Source of the DNA: Marsupella aquatica
Lineage: Eukaryota; Plantae; Marchantiophyta
Length of the DNA: 64,000 nucleotides
Direction of reading: 5' to 3'
NCBI GenBank assembly: GCA_973895155.1
Contig: OZ316898.1
Location: 5,505,079-5,569,078 of the forward strand
The first letter of the stretch is position 1, and each line of letters starts with the position of its first letter. Below are positions 12,481 through 25,335 of the stretch, in pieces. The notes beneath the pieces were generated by a model that saw nothing but the letters and a program-made list of their open reading frames with translations, did not search any database and was not told the origin of the DNA. The translations under genes and the position numbers were made by a program.

Positions 12481-15400
12481 CACTCGTCTTATTTTAAATT
12501 GTTGAGTCATTGCATGTCGTTTGTTAACTTGCCACACTGAAGCGATTATGGGCGAAATACTCGTGGAGGTACCGTTGTCAATAGGACCGTCCCATTCAGC
12601 CAAGATTGCGTGTGCTACAGTCGCTCTTCCAGCTAAGGAACTACAGTGAGCTCTGGCTAATTAAGTTCAACCTCACGGGAAGAAGCCAACAGTGTGTACT
12701 TAACCCGGGTTTGCACCACATGATAAGTGCAAAATTTCAGGGTTTAGACGTGCAGTGGCCCTTTTGTGTAGGATTCTCGTGATCCACTTCCATAGAAGTG
12801 CAAGTTTTACTCTGTACAAATGATTTGCATTTATCAATACATTTACAGTAAAATCTTGTTCAGAGCGCTTTAATGATTTGTATTTATCAACAAATTTACA
12901 GTGAAGTCTTGTGTAGAGGGCATTATGGGATCTAATGCTCCAAAAACTGATTGCTTCAACTTGAGTTTTGAGAGATTAACATCGGACGCCCATAATGCTC
13001 CAAAAGTAGGATCTTACTAAACTTAGGTGTGAGAGATTTGTATTTTTTCTGACTTTTAACAAGTAGAGGAGAATCTGTTTCAAGAGGGTGATCCAGAATT
13101 CCAGATCTTGATATGCTCCTAGAATGCCCCGAAAAACACAAAAGGAAAAATCACTAATGGCAGTAAGTGTGCATGAACCTTTACAGAGACTCTGCAGTCT
13201 GCACTGACAGAAAATGTATAAAACTTCAGAACGGTCGGAAGTCAAACGGAAGAAGGGAGGCCTTGCAATTACCCAGGGCTTGCACTTCTCGAGAGCTCGC
13301 TTTGTGTATACTGTTTCACAAGCAACCGTCAAAGTGTAACATGGTTGGAAAGTAAAGACAAGAAGGGACGCCTTGCAATTATCCAGGGTTTGCACTCTTT
13401 GACTGTGCACTGAGCGAGAGCTCCCTACTGTATATGTATTGTTTTAGAAGGTCTTATGTCGAATTAATAGTGAGGCATTTGCCTGTAAAGCAGTCTGGAC
13501 TCTGGACTGCTGATCCTGGCGCTGCTGATCCTGGCGCTGGCTATGTGGGTCCCCATCCTCGTCACAGGCGGCTGAGGACGGGGAGCACATACCTGGAAGG
13601 TAAATCGGAAGAGCTGACCACAGCAAACACTGTTCCCAACGCAACACAAGTCATGTGTTGACATGCCAATCCAGAAGTATTCTGGCTGGGGATAGCACAC
13701 AACGCCCGCAGATAAGTAAGCCTCCTGTACTCAATTCCTCCAACAGCTGAGCTGCGACCAAACATTGAATTGGAGTCGAATTCTTTTTACGCTCGACTAC
13801 TCGAGGTCTCTAGCATAGTAACGTCTGATCGTATAAGAGTGTGGAATTCATGTGACACATGCTGTGCTTCGCTGGATTCAATTAGAGAGTTAATTAGGTT
13901 TTTGAGATATATGAGACATTAGTTGTGGATTGACTTGAGGTGTTGTGGATGCTGATGATTTACAGCCGTCCTGGCTTGGGCAGAGAAAGCTAAGAGCGGC
14001 GATGAAACGTATCAGAGTTATCCTTGCGAACGCATTTTCGAATTGTAGGAGACCGCACCGAGAGCACTGGGACGAGAGCAATTGCGTGATATCGAGGATT
14101 CATACGACAGAGGGGGGAGAGGTCCGCAATCTGCGTTGATGCTGTGAAGAAAGCTTGCAAGGGGGTCGGAGATGTGAACCCAATATTGTTAGATGATCGA
14201 GACAGTCAGTCAGCCCTTGACCAGGCTGGAACGTTGATAGGAGTACCGTGATTATATGACTGGAGACTCGGGAGACGGAAGGACTCAGAATATAAAGATT
14301 CAGAACGGACTCGAGTAGCTAGGCACGTTCACGGTGCTCAATCGGTCCTGAGTGTGTGTTTCAACAATTGAGCACCAAAATGGGGGCCGATTTGAGAAAA
14401 TCTTTGGCATTCTTGTCTAGCAGGATGGCAAAAGCATGCTTGAGGCGGCCGGTCAGAAAAATCATGGGCTCGACCCTGCTAAATGAAGCTCAACAGAAGG
14501 AGTCTGATGAACAGTAATTAAATCGTTGTGGTTCTCTAGCATTTGCTTGCGCGCGGGTCGAAAGCTGGCATGACCAGCTGAGACCAATTCAGTGGATTCG
14601 CATCCGTTCCGTCGATCCAGGGTCAGTTCGTTTGGAGGCTGTATACCTTCAGCGTGATCTCTCGATCCAGGCAGCGGGCCAGCACAGTTTCGATAGTTTC
14701 GTGCTGCTAATTATCAACCTCCAGCGAAAATGTTGTGTGCCTGCGCTTTGGTACTTCTCCTCTTGCGATTCTCCGAAGCCATTCCAAGCATTTTGCGACA
14801 TTTTAGGGAAGGGACCATGTACCTCTGTTCAGTTGTGAACCTCCTCTACTCCCACGAGTACCTTAATTATAGCGGGTACGGGGGCGGATATCTCGTCTCC
14901 ATTCCGTATTGAGGACTTGTTAAGGAACGATCGATGGACGGACCTCCCGTTTTCGCTAAACCTTGTTTCGACTCTCGATCGATGCTTCAGTTTGGACGAC
15001 TTCAGCCCAACTTACCGGACTCTGGCTATCATTGCTGACAGTAGACTTTCGAACCTTCACGTTCGATTCGTCAAATTAAGTGGGATGCATCGATCACGCA
15101 ACTACAGTAGCGTCAAGGAGCAATTCGCTGAGCAACGGATGTCTTTCCACCGCCAGGGGAATGTCCGACAGTGGAGAACGGCAAGAAACGATTATCGAGG
15201 TTGCTGTGTCGAAATCTGTAAGCGTCGAGACCATTGGTTGGTGGCAGGGTATTGTGAGACAGATTGTTTTCGGACATGTAGCAGTTGTGTCGTACTAAAG
15301 AGCCGTTTAGATCACGATGAACCTTCGATGTTCTTCACAAGAGCTAGTACCTTGATTAGCCTGGGGATACATTGATCGATTTTGATCATCAGATTTTGTT

Positions 15401-17391
15401 GAATATGAATTTTCAATATCTTGAGGTTAAGCTCATGCATCCAACCAGCACTTACTGATTTCATTTTACCTTCTACGCTTCTTTTCAGTCTCCTAGCTAG
15501 ATCCTCATCGGCCCGCTCATCGGTACCCAGCCATGGCTTGTCCTCTCTACCATGTGAGATCGGAAGCTTGGTTTTCCATATTCTTTTACTGCAGCAGTGC
15601 ATTGTCTAACTACTGGTCGGATTTTCAGGAATGCAGGTCCAGAAAATCTCAGGTTCCAGTCTGAAGTTTGGTGGCTAAATGCCGACATTACGAGTTCACA
15701 TCGCTACCCTACGCAGTGCGCTCTCTCACATCTGTGGTTATATCTTGTATCTGTCGCTGAGGACCAGTCCAAATCAATCTGCTCTGTTGTCAGCATGTAA
15801 AGGGTGAGCTATATCCCCATCAAGTTGCTCTAGGAGTAGGAGTTCGTGCGTTCCACAGAAAGAACTTTATCCAGGCGATAATCTGATAGAACCGCACCTA
15901 AAATGCTACCGTCCGATTGAAAGGCTCGGCTGAGTCAGGGAGGGAGGCATTCATACCCTCGCTTCACATCCACTTGCTCCGCCCACTGCAGTCTAAGGTG
16001 AACCTCTCAAATGAAAGGGGGAAAGGAGAGGTTCTGTTCGTTGAGGGAAAGTGTGCGTGTGCGTGTGCGTGGAAAACTACTAGAAGGCATGTGTAGTGAA
16101 TCTTGGATCAATGTTAGCAAGATAGATCTAAAAGTTTAACCAACTATATATCTACTCAGATCGTTTCAGCCTTCTACGTACGTACGTCGGCGCTTTTGAG
16201 TTGTTGCCGAGCTCTTACTTGGCGGCTTTTGATTGCCGGCGTGAAAACGGCACTGGCGAGCCGACCGCGATGAGCCTACGCTTACCAGTCGCATTGCTGA
16301 TTCGGACTGGCATCATTGCTGTGCCAAAAGCCTGGCTTGCAGGCGTAAAATTGGACTTCTTAAAGTGAACAACTCGGAGAATGCCATCATGATGATGGAA
16401 ATTGGGTTCGGTCAAGACTGAGGAGAAGTTAACTAATTGGGAGTTCATAGGATTGCGCAGGACTTTAATGATGGATTTCGAAAGATATTTTTACAGTATA
16501 TGTTTGTTCTGCAATAGAAAGGAACTTAGGAAACAACTGGAAGACCTAGAGAAAAAACCCTAACGAAGCGACTTGAAAGCAGAAACTGAAGATTGGGCCT
16601 TGAAAAGCGAGGCCAAAGTCCAACCAAGAGCAATGATAGAAACAGTACTGCAACAAAAAAAAACGTGCCTTTCATACGAGATTCTCACACCTAGAACGTA
16701 CCTGGAATTCCGCAGTTCAGATTCGGCTTGACCCTACACAAACAGAGCAGTCACAAGCCGGTTAGCTGTCTACTTTCCATAGTGGGGCCCTGGATGCGGT
16801 GCCCTGCCTTTGCTTTACAGCAGATACATTCAATTCATAAGTAAAATTATTGTCCTTCATTTGGCGTCATGTCTGTCTTTTAAGAACTCCCGTGTGATCC
16901 GAGGTCTGATCCTCTCGAAGGTACCATCCAAAACAGCGTACAGTAGAGAATGCCTGCTTGGTTTCCTATGCCTGCAGACTCGATCCCAAATTCTCCAGAA
17001 AGATGGGAAGCGTGGAAGACTAGCCGTAACTATCGATTTTTGGAGCCCAAAATCATGCAAAGCATCTTGATTATATACACTTGATGGGGAGGAAACTGGG
17101 GAGTCACTTTCGTTGCCGTTCTACTGAGTGTGGAATATTATGCGATTCAGAATCTCTTGCAGAGGACATAAGATAAAATTCAGGGTCTGATTACAAATTT
17201 CCCAGTGAAAAGTTTCTGAAATCACAAAAGCAGCATCCAAAGTGATTCTTCGCTCGCTTGCGGCGCATCAATGCTCGTGTTGTTAGAGCTATGGCTGCTT
17301 TAATTTAGCGTCAACAACATGACGCTCCCTGCAGTCAACGTGAGTTCTTTGAAAACTTCAGTTGCAAGAAATAGCTTTTTATTAACAATCA

Positions 17392-18230
17392 CTAGCCCAA
17401 TGCCCGTGCGTTGCACGAAAGATGTCGAGGAGAGAAAAGATGTTGAGGTGAGTCGAGGTGATAGAAGATGTCGAGGAGAGAAAAGATGTCAAGACGATAA
17501 AAGATGTCAAGGAGCGAAAAGATGTCGAGGAGAGAAAAGATGTTAAGGTGAGCAAAAGATACCGAGGTGATAGAAGATGTCAAGGAGAGAAAAGATGTTG
17601 AGGTGAGAAAAGATGTTGAGGTGAACAAAAGATGTCGAGGTGATAGAAGATGTCGAGGAGAGAAAAGATGTCGAGACGATAAAAGATGTCAAGGAGCGAA
17701 AAGATGTTGAGGAAAGAAAAGATATCGAGGTGAGAATAATATCGAGGTGAGGAAAAGATGTTGAGGTGATAAAAGAAGTAGAGGAGAAAAAAAGATGTCA
17801 AAGAGAGAAAAGATGTCCAAATGATAAACATATGTCCAGGAGAGAAAAGATATTGAGGAGAGAAATAAATGTTGAGATGAGAAAAAAATTTGAGGAGAGA
17901 AAATATGTCTAGGTGAACAAAAGATGTTGAGGAGAGAAACGTGTGCAAAGGAGAGAAAAAGATTTTGAGCAGAAAAAGATGTAAAATAGAGCAACAGATT
18001 TTGAGGTGAGAAAATAAACTTCACACCTTTTCCACCCCTTACCTGCGACCAGATGGGGCAAGATGAAGCCTCTCCCTCCCTCTTTTCTCATCCATGTGCC
18101 CCCCCCCTTCCGCTTTCTCCTTGCTTCTCCCCCTCTTTGCTTTGCTTCCAAGGCTTTCTTTGGGAGTCAAATTTTGTGAGACAATTGTGATGAAAAACCA
18201 TAGAAATATTTGTCATAGTTTATGGGTGTG
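17392..18230 (-). mobile_element. Non-autonomous Helitron-like element 1 with internal ~19-bp purine-rich minisatellite
   Basis: Minus strand reads cgtgc-aac-gcacg hairpin (17405-17417) then ggcattgggCTAG|T (CTAG 17392-17395), the canonical Helitron 3' end. Array of gagaaaagatgt(t/c)gagg units 17420-18015. 5' end uncertain. Confidence 0.65.
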
Positions 18231-18265
18231 AAGTCTCATTATTTTGGCACAATATATATGTACAA

Positions 18266-19405
18266 ATAGCCCAATGCCCATGCGTTGCCCAGAAAATGTT
18301 GAGGTGAGAAAAAAACATTGAGGTGAGGAAAAGATATCGAGGAGATAAAAAGATGTTGAGATGAGAAAAAAATGTCGAGGAGAGAAAAAGATGTTGAGGT
18401 GAGAAAAATGTTAAATGAGAGAAAAAAAATGTCAAGGTGAGAAAATGATATTAAGGTGAGGAAACCATGTACATGAGAGAAAAAAATGTGAAAATTATGA
18501 AAATATGATGCTGAGATGAGTAGAGATGCCAAGAAGAGAAAATATATCAAGGTGCATGAGAAAATGCTGATGTGATAAAAGATGTTGAGGAAAAAAAAGG
18601 TGCAGAGCTAGAGGAAAGATGGCAAGGTGAGAAAAAGATGTCAATGTGAGATTGAAAAGAACATTGGGGTGAGGAAAATATCTCAAGGAGAGAAAACATG
18701 TCAATATGATAAAAAGTAGTTGAGGAGATAAAAAGATGTCAAGCTGAGAAAAATATGTCAAGGCGAGAAAAATTGTCAAGTTGAGGCAAAGATATTAAGG
18801 CATTGTATGTCCCAAGGTGCTATTGTGAAAGCAATGTTGTGGTAAGGGTGAGAGCATGGGAGGGAATGCAAGACAGGGGGCGGCTGGGGTGTTACAGGGT
18901 CAAGTGTGGTCGCCCTTAGCTATATGGAGGGAGATAAATTCACATTTTTTTCCTTTTTTCTTCAATCTCCTCTTGTGTGCCGTTCCTTTCTCTCCTTCCA
19001 GTCTCCCGTCCTGGCTCTTTGGCACCCCCCTCCCTTTCCAACATGATTAAGAAAGAGAAGAAGAATCAACATGGAGCAAAAGATAAATGATCTCTCAGAA
19101 AAATGAAAATTTCTCTTCTCCTTAGCAAAAAAACAAAACAAATCTGATACCAATGTTATGCACATGTCATTTTTGAAAGTAGTTAGCCAGCACATGTATT
19201 TTGTAAACACCTACTTTAAGAGCAAAAATATCCATGGTATTCACTTCCATAGGTGATCCCTTTCACTCAATCCAAGGGTGTCAAAATCATGGAAATACAT
19301 TGATGGTATTGGTTTGTTCCTTCCTTTTCCACTTTTGTAGATTGCACTAACTCTTTGAGATGGGATAGTTTTTTATAATGTGATTTGAAATATGACATAT
19401 ATAGA
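18266..19405 (-). mobile_element. Non-autonomous Helitron-like element 2 (same family, more degenerate)
   Basis: Starts atagcccaatgcccatgcgttgccc (mutated CTAG/hairpin end), same minisatellite 18290-18800, internal segments resemble element 3 (18850 vs 58460; 19260 vs 58940). 5' end approximate. Confidence 0.55.
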
Positions 19406-20046
19406 AACCCATTGCCCTAACTTGCATTGCACATTTGTCCTTATAACCATTTTATTGTTACAATCATTTATCACTCCGGCCATTTCGTTGTTGGGGCCAT
19501 TTTATTCTTGGGGCCATTGTGTCTTTGGTCAATAAGGTTATTGCAATAAAAAATATAGGATTGAATGTTAATGTAACCTGGAAAAAGTACTTTATAGAGA
19601 TTAGAAAAAAACAATGTTTTCACTACTCCTAGTAGACTTAATTTTTTCCACTTTCCTATAAATCATCCCTTTTGAACTCACAACTTAATTTGTATTGTAG
19701 GTTGTCTATACTTCTTACTTTACGTGAATGGGGCAATCATGTGGGGTCTACTTAGATTTTCTTGTCAGACCCATCTACCCATGATAGCCACATGTCAACT
19801 CAATTCCCAATGACCTTTTTCTAGATGTTTGTAATGAGTCTAGGTGTGGGTGGAAGCCCATGGATCCGTGCCTCAGGCTAGGACAAACTCTTTATTCAAC
19901 TCTTTATTCTTCCTTACATAGATCTGATGGGCAGGAAAATTTAAGTTTTAAATCCAATGGTCATAATGAGTTCCCTCCAAAAGTGAATTTTGTAAACGGA
20001 CGATGAGCACAAAAAGGCGGGATTGTATATTATAGTAAGTAGATGT

Positions 20047-20798
20047 CCCCAAAGTGAGCTAAATTACTGACCTATCCCAAAATTATTTTAATTGCTAGGT
20101 TGTCCCCATATTGTATAGATGGATTCCATTAACAATTTTATTTAGTTAACCCAGGGTAATTTCTCATTGCTGGACTAGCATGTGGCCAGGCACTATTGGC
20201 TCTGCTTTACCTGCCCTCACTGGGTTACTATAGCTCTTTCCCATTTTTTTGAATGAGCCCTGCACCAAACAGGGCTGGCCCGTCCCCCTCTCCAGTTCTA
20301 GATCCTGATGACCCAGCCTCTAGATCCTGATGACCCAGCTCCAATAAGGCAGTAGGCCCAAATGTGGGTTTGTTTTCACATGGAAAATGTATATACTATT
20401 GAGGCCTATTTCCTTCAAAAAAGTGGGAGTGGGTGGATCATGGGGACCCAAGTATCATCAGGCCCCTATGAAGTGTGTGACCCTGTTTTTGAAGGGAAAA
20501 TTGCAGCACCCAGCCAGCCAGGTAGTCAGGGTTGGGATCCAAGTTGGGATTGAAACTTGCAAGGGGGAGGGGCCAGCCCTGGTTGGTGCAAGGCTTGTGC
20601 AAAAAATAGGAAAGAGCTAGCCGGGTGAGGGTACGTAGGCTTGGCCAGGGTAAGGTGGAGCCAATAGCATCTCACCACATGTTAGTCCACCAATGAGAAA
20701 TCACCCTGGGCTATGTAACCCATATATACAATATGGGGGGCAACCTAGCAATTAAAATAATTTTGGGGGTAGGTCAGTAATTTAGCTCAGTTTAGGGG
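20047..20798. mobile_element. Foldback/MITE-like element with ~250-bp imperfect terminal inverted repeats
   Basis: gagctaaattactgaccta.cccaaaattattttaattgctaggttg.ccccatattgtata...ctcattg.tggacta.catgtgg (20055-20300) is the reverse complement of 20550-20790. No convincing TSD. Confidence 0.75.
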
Positions 20799-21099
20799 AG
20801 TGGATAGTAAAAAGCTGTTGCAAGAAACACAGTATCCCATGTTGTTGAGGTTTGGTTTCTGGGGTTTGGTTTTATCTCCACTAGATTTAGTAGATCACTA
20901 GACAGTGTTGGACTACATTTAGCCTGAGTGCCTAATTAGAGGTGGGGACTTACATTAAAATCTTTTGTTTATTTGAATGGATTCACAGTGGCCTAGATCC
21001 CCATTTTCCACCCCCAGGTTAGTTATGGCCCATCAGCATAGTCACAGTAGAGGGTTCACTATAGACAATAGAACTTGAAAGTCTAGCATTCAACGGTAT

Positions 21100-21720
21100 G
21101 GTTAGATAGACCAACAAAACCTCCATCTTGACCAAGCCATGGCCAAGAAGGGGGGTAAAGAAAACAGATGGAAAAGAGTCTTAAGAAGATGCAAAAATAA
21201 AGACTGAGTGTCCAAAGTTGAAGAATGATGATAAAACCTCCAAACAAGACGACAGGATCCCAAAGGCAAGAGACCCAAACAAAACAAGGGAAATTCTCAG
21301 GACACCAAAAAGTCAAAGAGCCAAAAAGCCAGCAAAAGAACTAAAGCCTTACTAGCTAGGATCAAACTGACGAGCCTGGTAGAGCTACGGAGTAAGGGCA
21401 TAGGAGGATCCTGAAGAGCAATCTGACTATAGATTGCCCTAATTGTTCTCTTCAAGTCGAAGCTGAAAACCTGGATGGACACAAATGTTTGACATGGTGC
21501 ACAGATTGCCTGAGCAACCCTTCTGGACACATTTAGAACATTAAATACTTTAAGTCCCATTAAAACAGTCACTTTCTTGCGACAGAAAATTGCTAACCCA
21601 AACTCTGGGCGAACCTACACTCTCTTTACCTAAACTTTCAGGAAACAAACATTGTATTAATAGAAACTACAACTGACAGAGAAGACTTGACCTGGTTTAA
21701 TGGAGTATCGCCTAGAGAAT
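21100..21720 (-). mobile_element. Possible LINE 3' end remnant (degenerate ORF2 tail plus pyrimidine-rich 3' UTR)
   Basis: A-rich plus-strand tract with gatcccaaa/aaaccc/gagcc words; similar tracts at ~7520-7620, ~54550-54740 and inverted at ~57590-57690. Protein similarity is weak. Confidence 0.3.
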
Positions 21721-23869
21721 CATTGAATGTGAGTTAAACCCCTAGAACATAAAGAATGGTGTCCATATGGCAGGAGCTCATTCCACTCAATAATATGCTT
21801 TGTTCAAGTCAATTTTTGCTTCTGCCCAAAGCTAACAATTGAGTAAACCACAACCTTCCTACTGTACATTCATGATGTCAAAAACCTTATACCCCAAAGG
21901 TAGCAATAATTTGGAACCCCAAACTACTCAGCAATCTTAATCTTACTTATGAAGCGTCAACTAAAAGCTAGAGTTGGGGCGTCAATTACAAGCTAGTAAG
22001 AGTTGGGGAGTAGTCTTCTAGAGTGAAGCCTCTAGACAATAACTCCATGGCTCACCATGTGGATGGGGAAAACTCATACTTAATTTTGAATGTAATGATA
22101 ATCATGCATGCTTTCTGTCATGATTTTTATTTACATTCAAAAAATGGGCTCTATGGCCCCATCATAATATATGTGCATAGAAAGAGTGATGTGCATAGAA
22201 AAGGGGAATGATGATATGTTATGTATAATTATTAAAATGATGACATGCAATGAACCTTCAAAGAATGTGAATAGGGAATATACTTTGGTGATACTTTGAT
22301 TAATAGACTCTCCACTATAATTGGTGTTCAACAAATGGGTAGTTAAGCCTAATGTGGACTAATTCCCCAACAACATCGTATTTACAACTATTGAAATATG
22401 GATTTTAAACAGAATGATGTAGAGGTAGTGTTACTTATGAGAATTAGTTATACAAAGAGCATTTTGGTATCTTATCCGGCCAAGTGCAAAGGTTTAATTG
22501 GATGGACACCCCATTTGAGCATATGAGAAACCTGCCTTTTTCTTCTAAGAGTGGAATTATTGTTTAGTTTGCAGGTTAATTTTCAAATCGCACATGATGG
22601 TTTGATGACTTACTCTATAGGGTCATCAAAGTAGTCAATTGTTTGCAACATATAATTACCTTACTTACCTTTGGATTTGGCAGATGGGTTTATTTATTTG
22701 ACAAACTTCTGGATCTCAGTTTAAGATAAAAATTTGCCAGCATGGTTTCTGATGCCCAATCTATTGTATGACAAAGTTTGAGAATTTTTTGACATCATTT
22801 GCTACACTCCCAATGAACACAAAGATGGTCAAATATTCTAAATCATCATTTCATTTTCACTTGAAATTTTTTATATGGGTCATTGGAAAACGAGTGTTCC
22901 TAAGTAATGGCATTACATCTTTCAGGTTCAAGGTAGCTAGTCAAGTAGTCAAGCTACCAAGTAGACCCCGGTTGGTAATGTATTTGAAACTAATTGCAAA
23001 TTGTAAGGAGATTATTTACAGGTCACATTTCACTCAAAAGTGTAAATAATGTAAGTTACCTATTCAACATAAAGGTTCTGCATGAGCAAGTCCAAAGTGT
23101 AAACAAGGATACCTGTTTCAATTTAAATGTTCTGACCAAGTCCAAAGTGTAAACAATGTTAGTGACTCAATTTAAATGTTATGGACAAGTCCAAGTTTCC
23201 GACTCTTATTGGTATTGGAAGGTCATCACTCGAATTGTATACTAGTGAATATCAGAACCACGCCATGATATGGATGACTGTGCAACGTACACAGATATTT
23301 AGTTTTCCAGTCAGTACAAAAGCTGCCTTAGTTGCAATACTTAGCTCAAGATTGATAAGTCAATCTTAATATCAACCAATTTTATAAACAATGCAGCCTG
23401 GCTCGCGAGTGGAGTGTCTGGCGTATCACAAGAGTGCTGTGTGCAATCTATAGCTCAAGGAGCAACTCTAAGACGGATGAGAGCTCGCTAGAAAAACAGA
23501 AATATACGCTACTGGTGACATCTCGCAATCTCGCGCTCAAGGAGCAACTCTAAGCCGATCATGGAAGCCCTCTCAAAATATAGAAATATAGGCCGATGGC
23601 ATCTTGATCAGGATCCCCATCCCGTTTCATTTGCTCCGAACCAGTTTCCTCGAGAACCATCAGAATTAACAATCTCTCAGAGTCTATCGTAAATTACTTT
23701 AATTTATTGTATAGCCTGCACGCAGGCAGGATGTGGGTGCTAGAACTGAAGCGTCGGAAAATCCGAGCCCAGGCAAAAGAATCAATAGCATTATGTAAAT
23801 CTAGACTCGCTAAATCTCCATATGCACATAAGCTAGACTCGCTAAATCTCAATATGCACATCGATCCCT

Positions 23870-24827
23870 TTAAGACGCTACAGATATAACTTTTCGCGTC
23901 CTCATCCTAACCGCAATTCTTTTGCACCGGTTACGTACCCACTGCCGAAAAGTGAAATCCACTGGTAAACCGGTTTTCAGTGATTCATAGCCTTCGGAAA
24001 TGAACTTCGAAACAAAAAAACACTAGCACACCAAAAAGCGGAATCAGAGGACCAGCAGCACCAGCCATAAACGCCTTGGTCAGGACAAGTGGGGCCGCTC
24101 CATGCGCAACAAGTGCATGAATGGAAATGTGTACGAACGTCGCCTGCGCGGCAATAGGAAAGGTTGTCTTGAGAGCTCGCCAACCCCACTTGAAAGCGTC
24201 AGATGGCGACAGAAGAGGGGGCAAATTTGCAAGGTACTTCTGGAGCCTCTTCTTATTCTAACTGTCGGTGCCAGGTAGATTTGCAAATTCCTCGATCAAC
24301 CTCCTGTAGATTGAGTCCGCATACTTCCAGCAGTTGTATTCCAAGAGAGAGTACAAAGGTCTCTGGTATTTTTCCAAAATCTCCAACAACTTCTCCCCCG
24401 GAATCTTCCCGCAGCCATTCAGTAGAACTACTTCCCTCTCCCCCTCTTCGGCAAACTCTTCACATACGGACAATCTAATCTTTCCTCTCCACTTTTCCAC
24501 CTCTTTTCCTGCTTTCGTGCAAACTACCTTCGTCCTCACCTTCTCTGCCTTGATGTAACGGACCCTTTTGTTCCGTATCTTTCCCCTTGCAGCGTGATTC
24601 ACGTCTATCATCAGAAAGTTGTGATACAATGTGCTTTTTCCTCTCAGCGGAGTCCCGTAAATACCGATGGAGTCCACCTGGACATCACTCCCGATCAGAC
24701 CCTTGAGCACTTCATCGCAGTAGGCTTGCTCATCGCCAACGATGCCTGTGATTAACTTCCAACTGTCCAAACTGCTTTCAAAGGCCAAGTTCGAACTCTC
24801 GGGAACAGAGCAACTTGCAAAACTCAT
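23870..24827 (-). pseudogene. Permuted papain-like (PPPDE/LRAT-type) gene copy P1; premature stop leaves a 189-aa ORF lacking the membrane anchor
   Basis: ORF 24258-24827 is paralogous to 37245-38198 (SIGIYGTPL, HNF, IKAEK, YSLLEYNCWKYAD). TAG at 24258-24260 replaces GAG of P3; similarity continues in frame (SPSDAFKWG...) and after a +1 slip in the A7 run at 24014-24020 reaches TAA at 23870-23872. Confidence 0.85.
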
Positions 24828-24859
24828 CGAGCAATCTTTCTATGCTTTACCCGGCCCTC

Positions 24860-25335
24860 CCTTACTTCTCGAACTAACTCCTTTGCATTTCCTCTCTTGC
24901 TGCCAGCTCCAAGAGAGCGCAGAGATTGGCCTCACCACCAACGTACTCCACTGCAAAAACAGACCTGGGCGAGCAAGTAGAGCACCGCAACAAATCCCTT
25001 ACTCCTCGAACTAACTCTCTACCTGGATCTCTTGCTGCCAGATCCGAGAGAGCGCAGAGATTGGCCTCACCACCCACTCCACTGCAAAACAAATCCCGGC
25101 GAGCAAGTCGAGCACCACAACCGAATCCCTTTCAGAAACTAACTCATCTGCTCTACCTCTCTCCCAGCGAGCAAGTCGAGCACTGCAAACCAATCCGTTA
25201 CTCCTCGAACTAACTCCTCTGCTCGTCCTCTCTCGCTGCCAGCTTCGAGAGAACTTCGAGAGTGGCCTCACCACCCACTCCACTACAAAAACAGATCCCA
25301 GTGACCAAGTCAGCAAAATCGAGCACCAGAACCAA
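24860..25335. repeat. ~3.5 tandem copies of a ~135-bp unit immediately upstream of P1
   Basis: Repeated ttact.ctcgaactaactc...gctgccag...tggcctcaccacc.actccact.caaaa...gcgagcaagt.gagcac. Confidence 0.85.

Noticed and set aside
15110-15185. Minus-strand STVGHSPGGGKTSVAQRI resembling an NB-ARC P-loop
   Set aside because: Spacing does not fit GxxxxGK(T/S), a stop follows immediately, and no other NB-ARC motifs were found.
17319-18779. Many F/L/S/H-rich ORFs (also 57871-58423)
   Set aside because: Artefacts of the purine-rich minisatellite, whose pyrimidine strand lacks stops.
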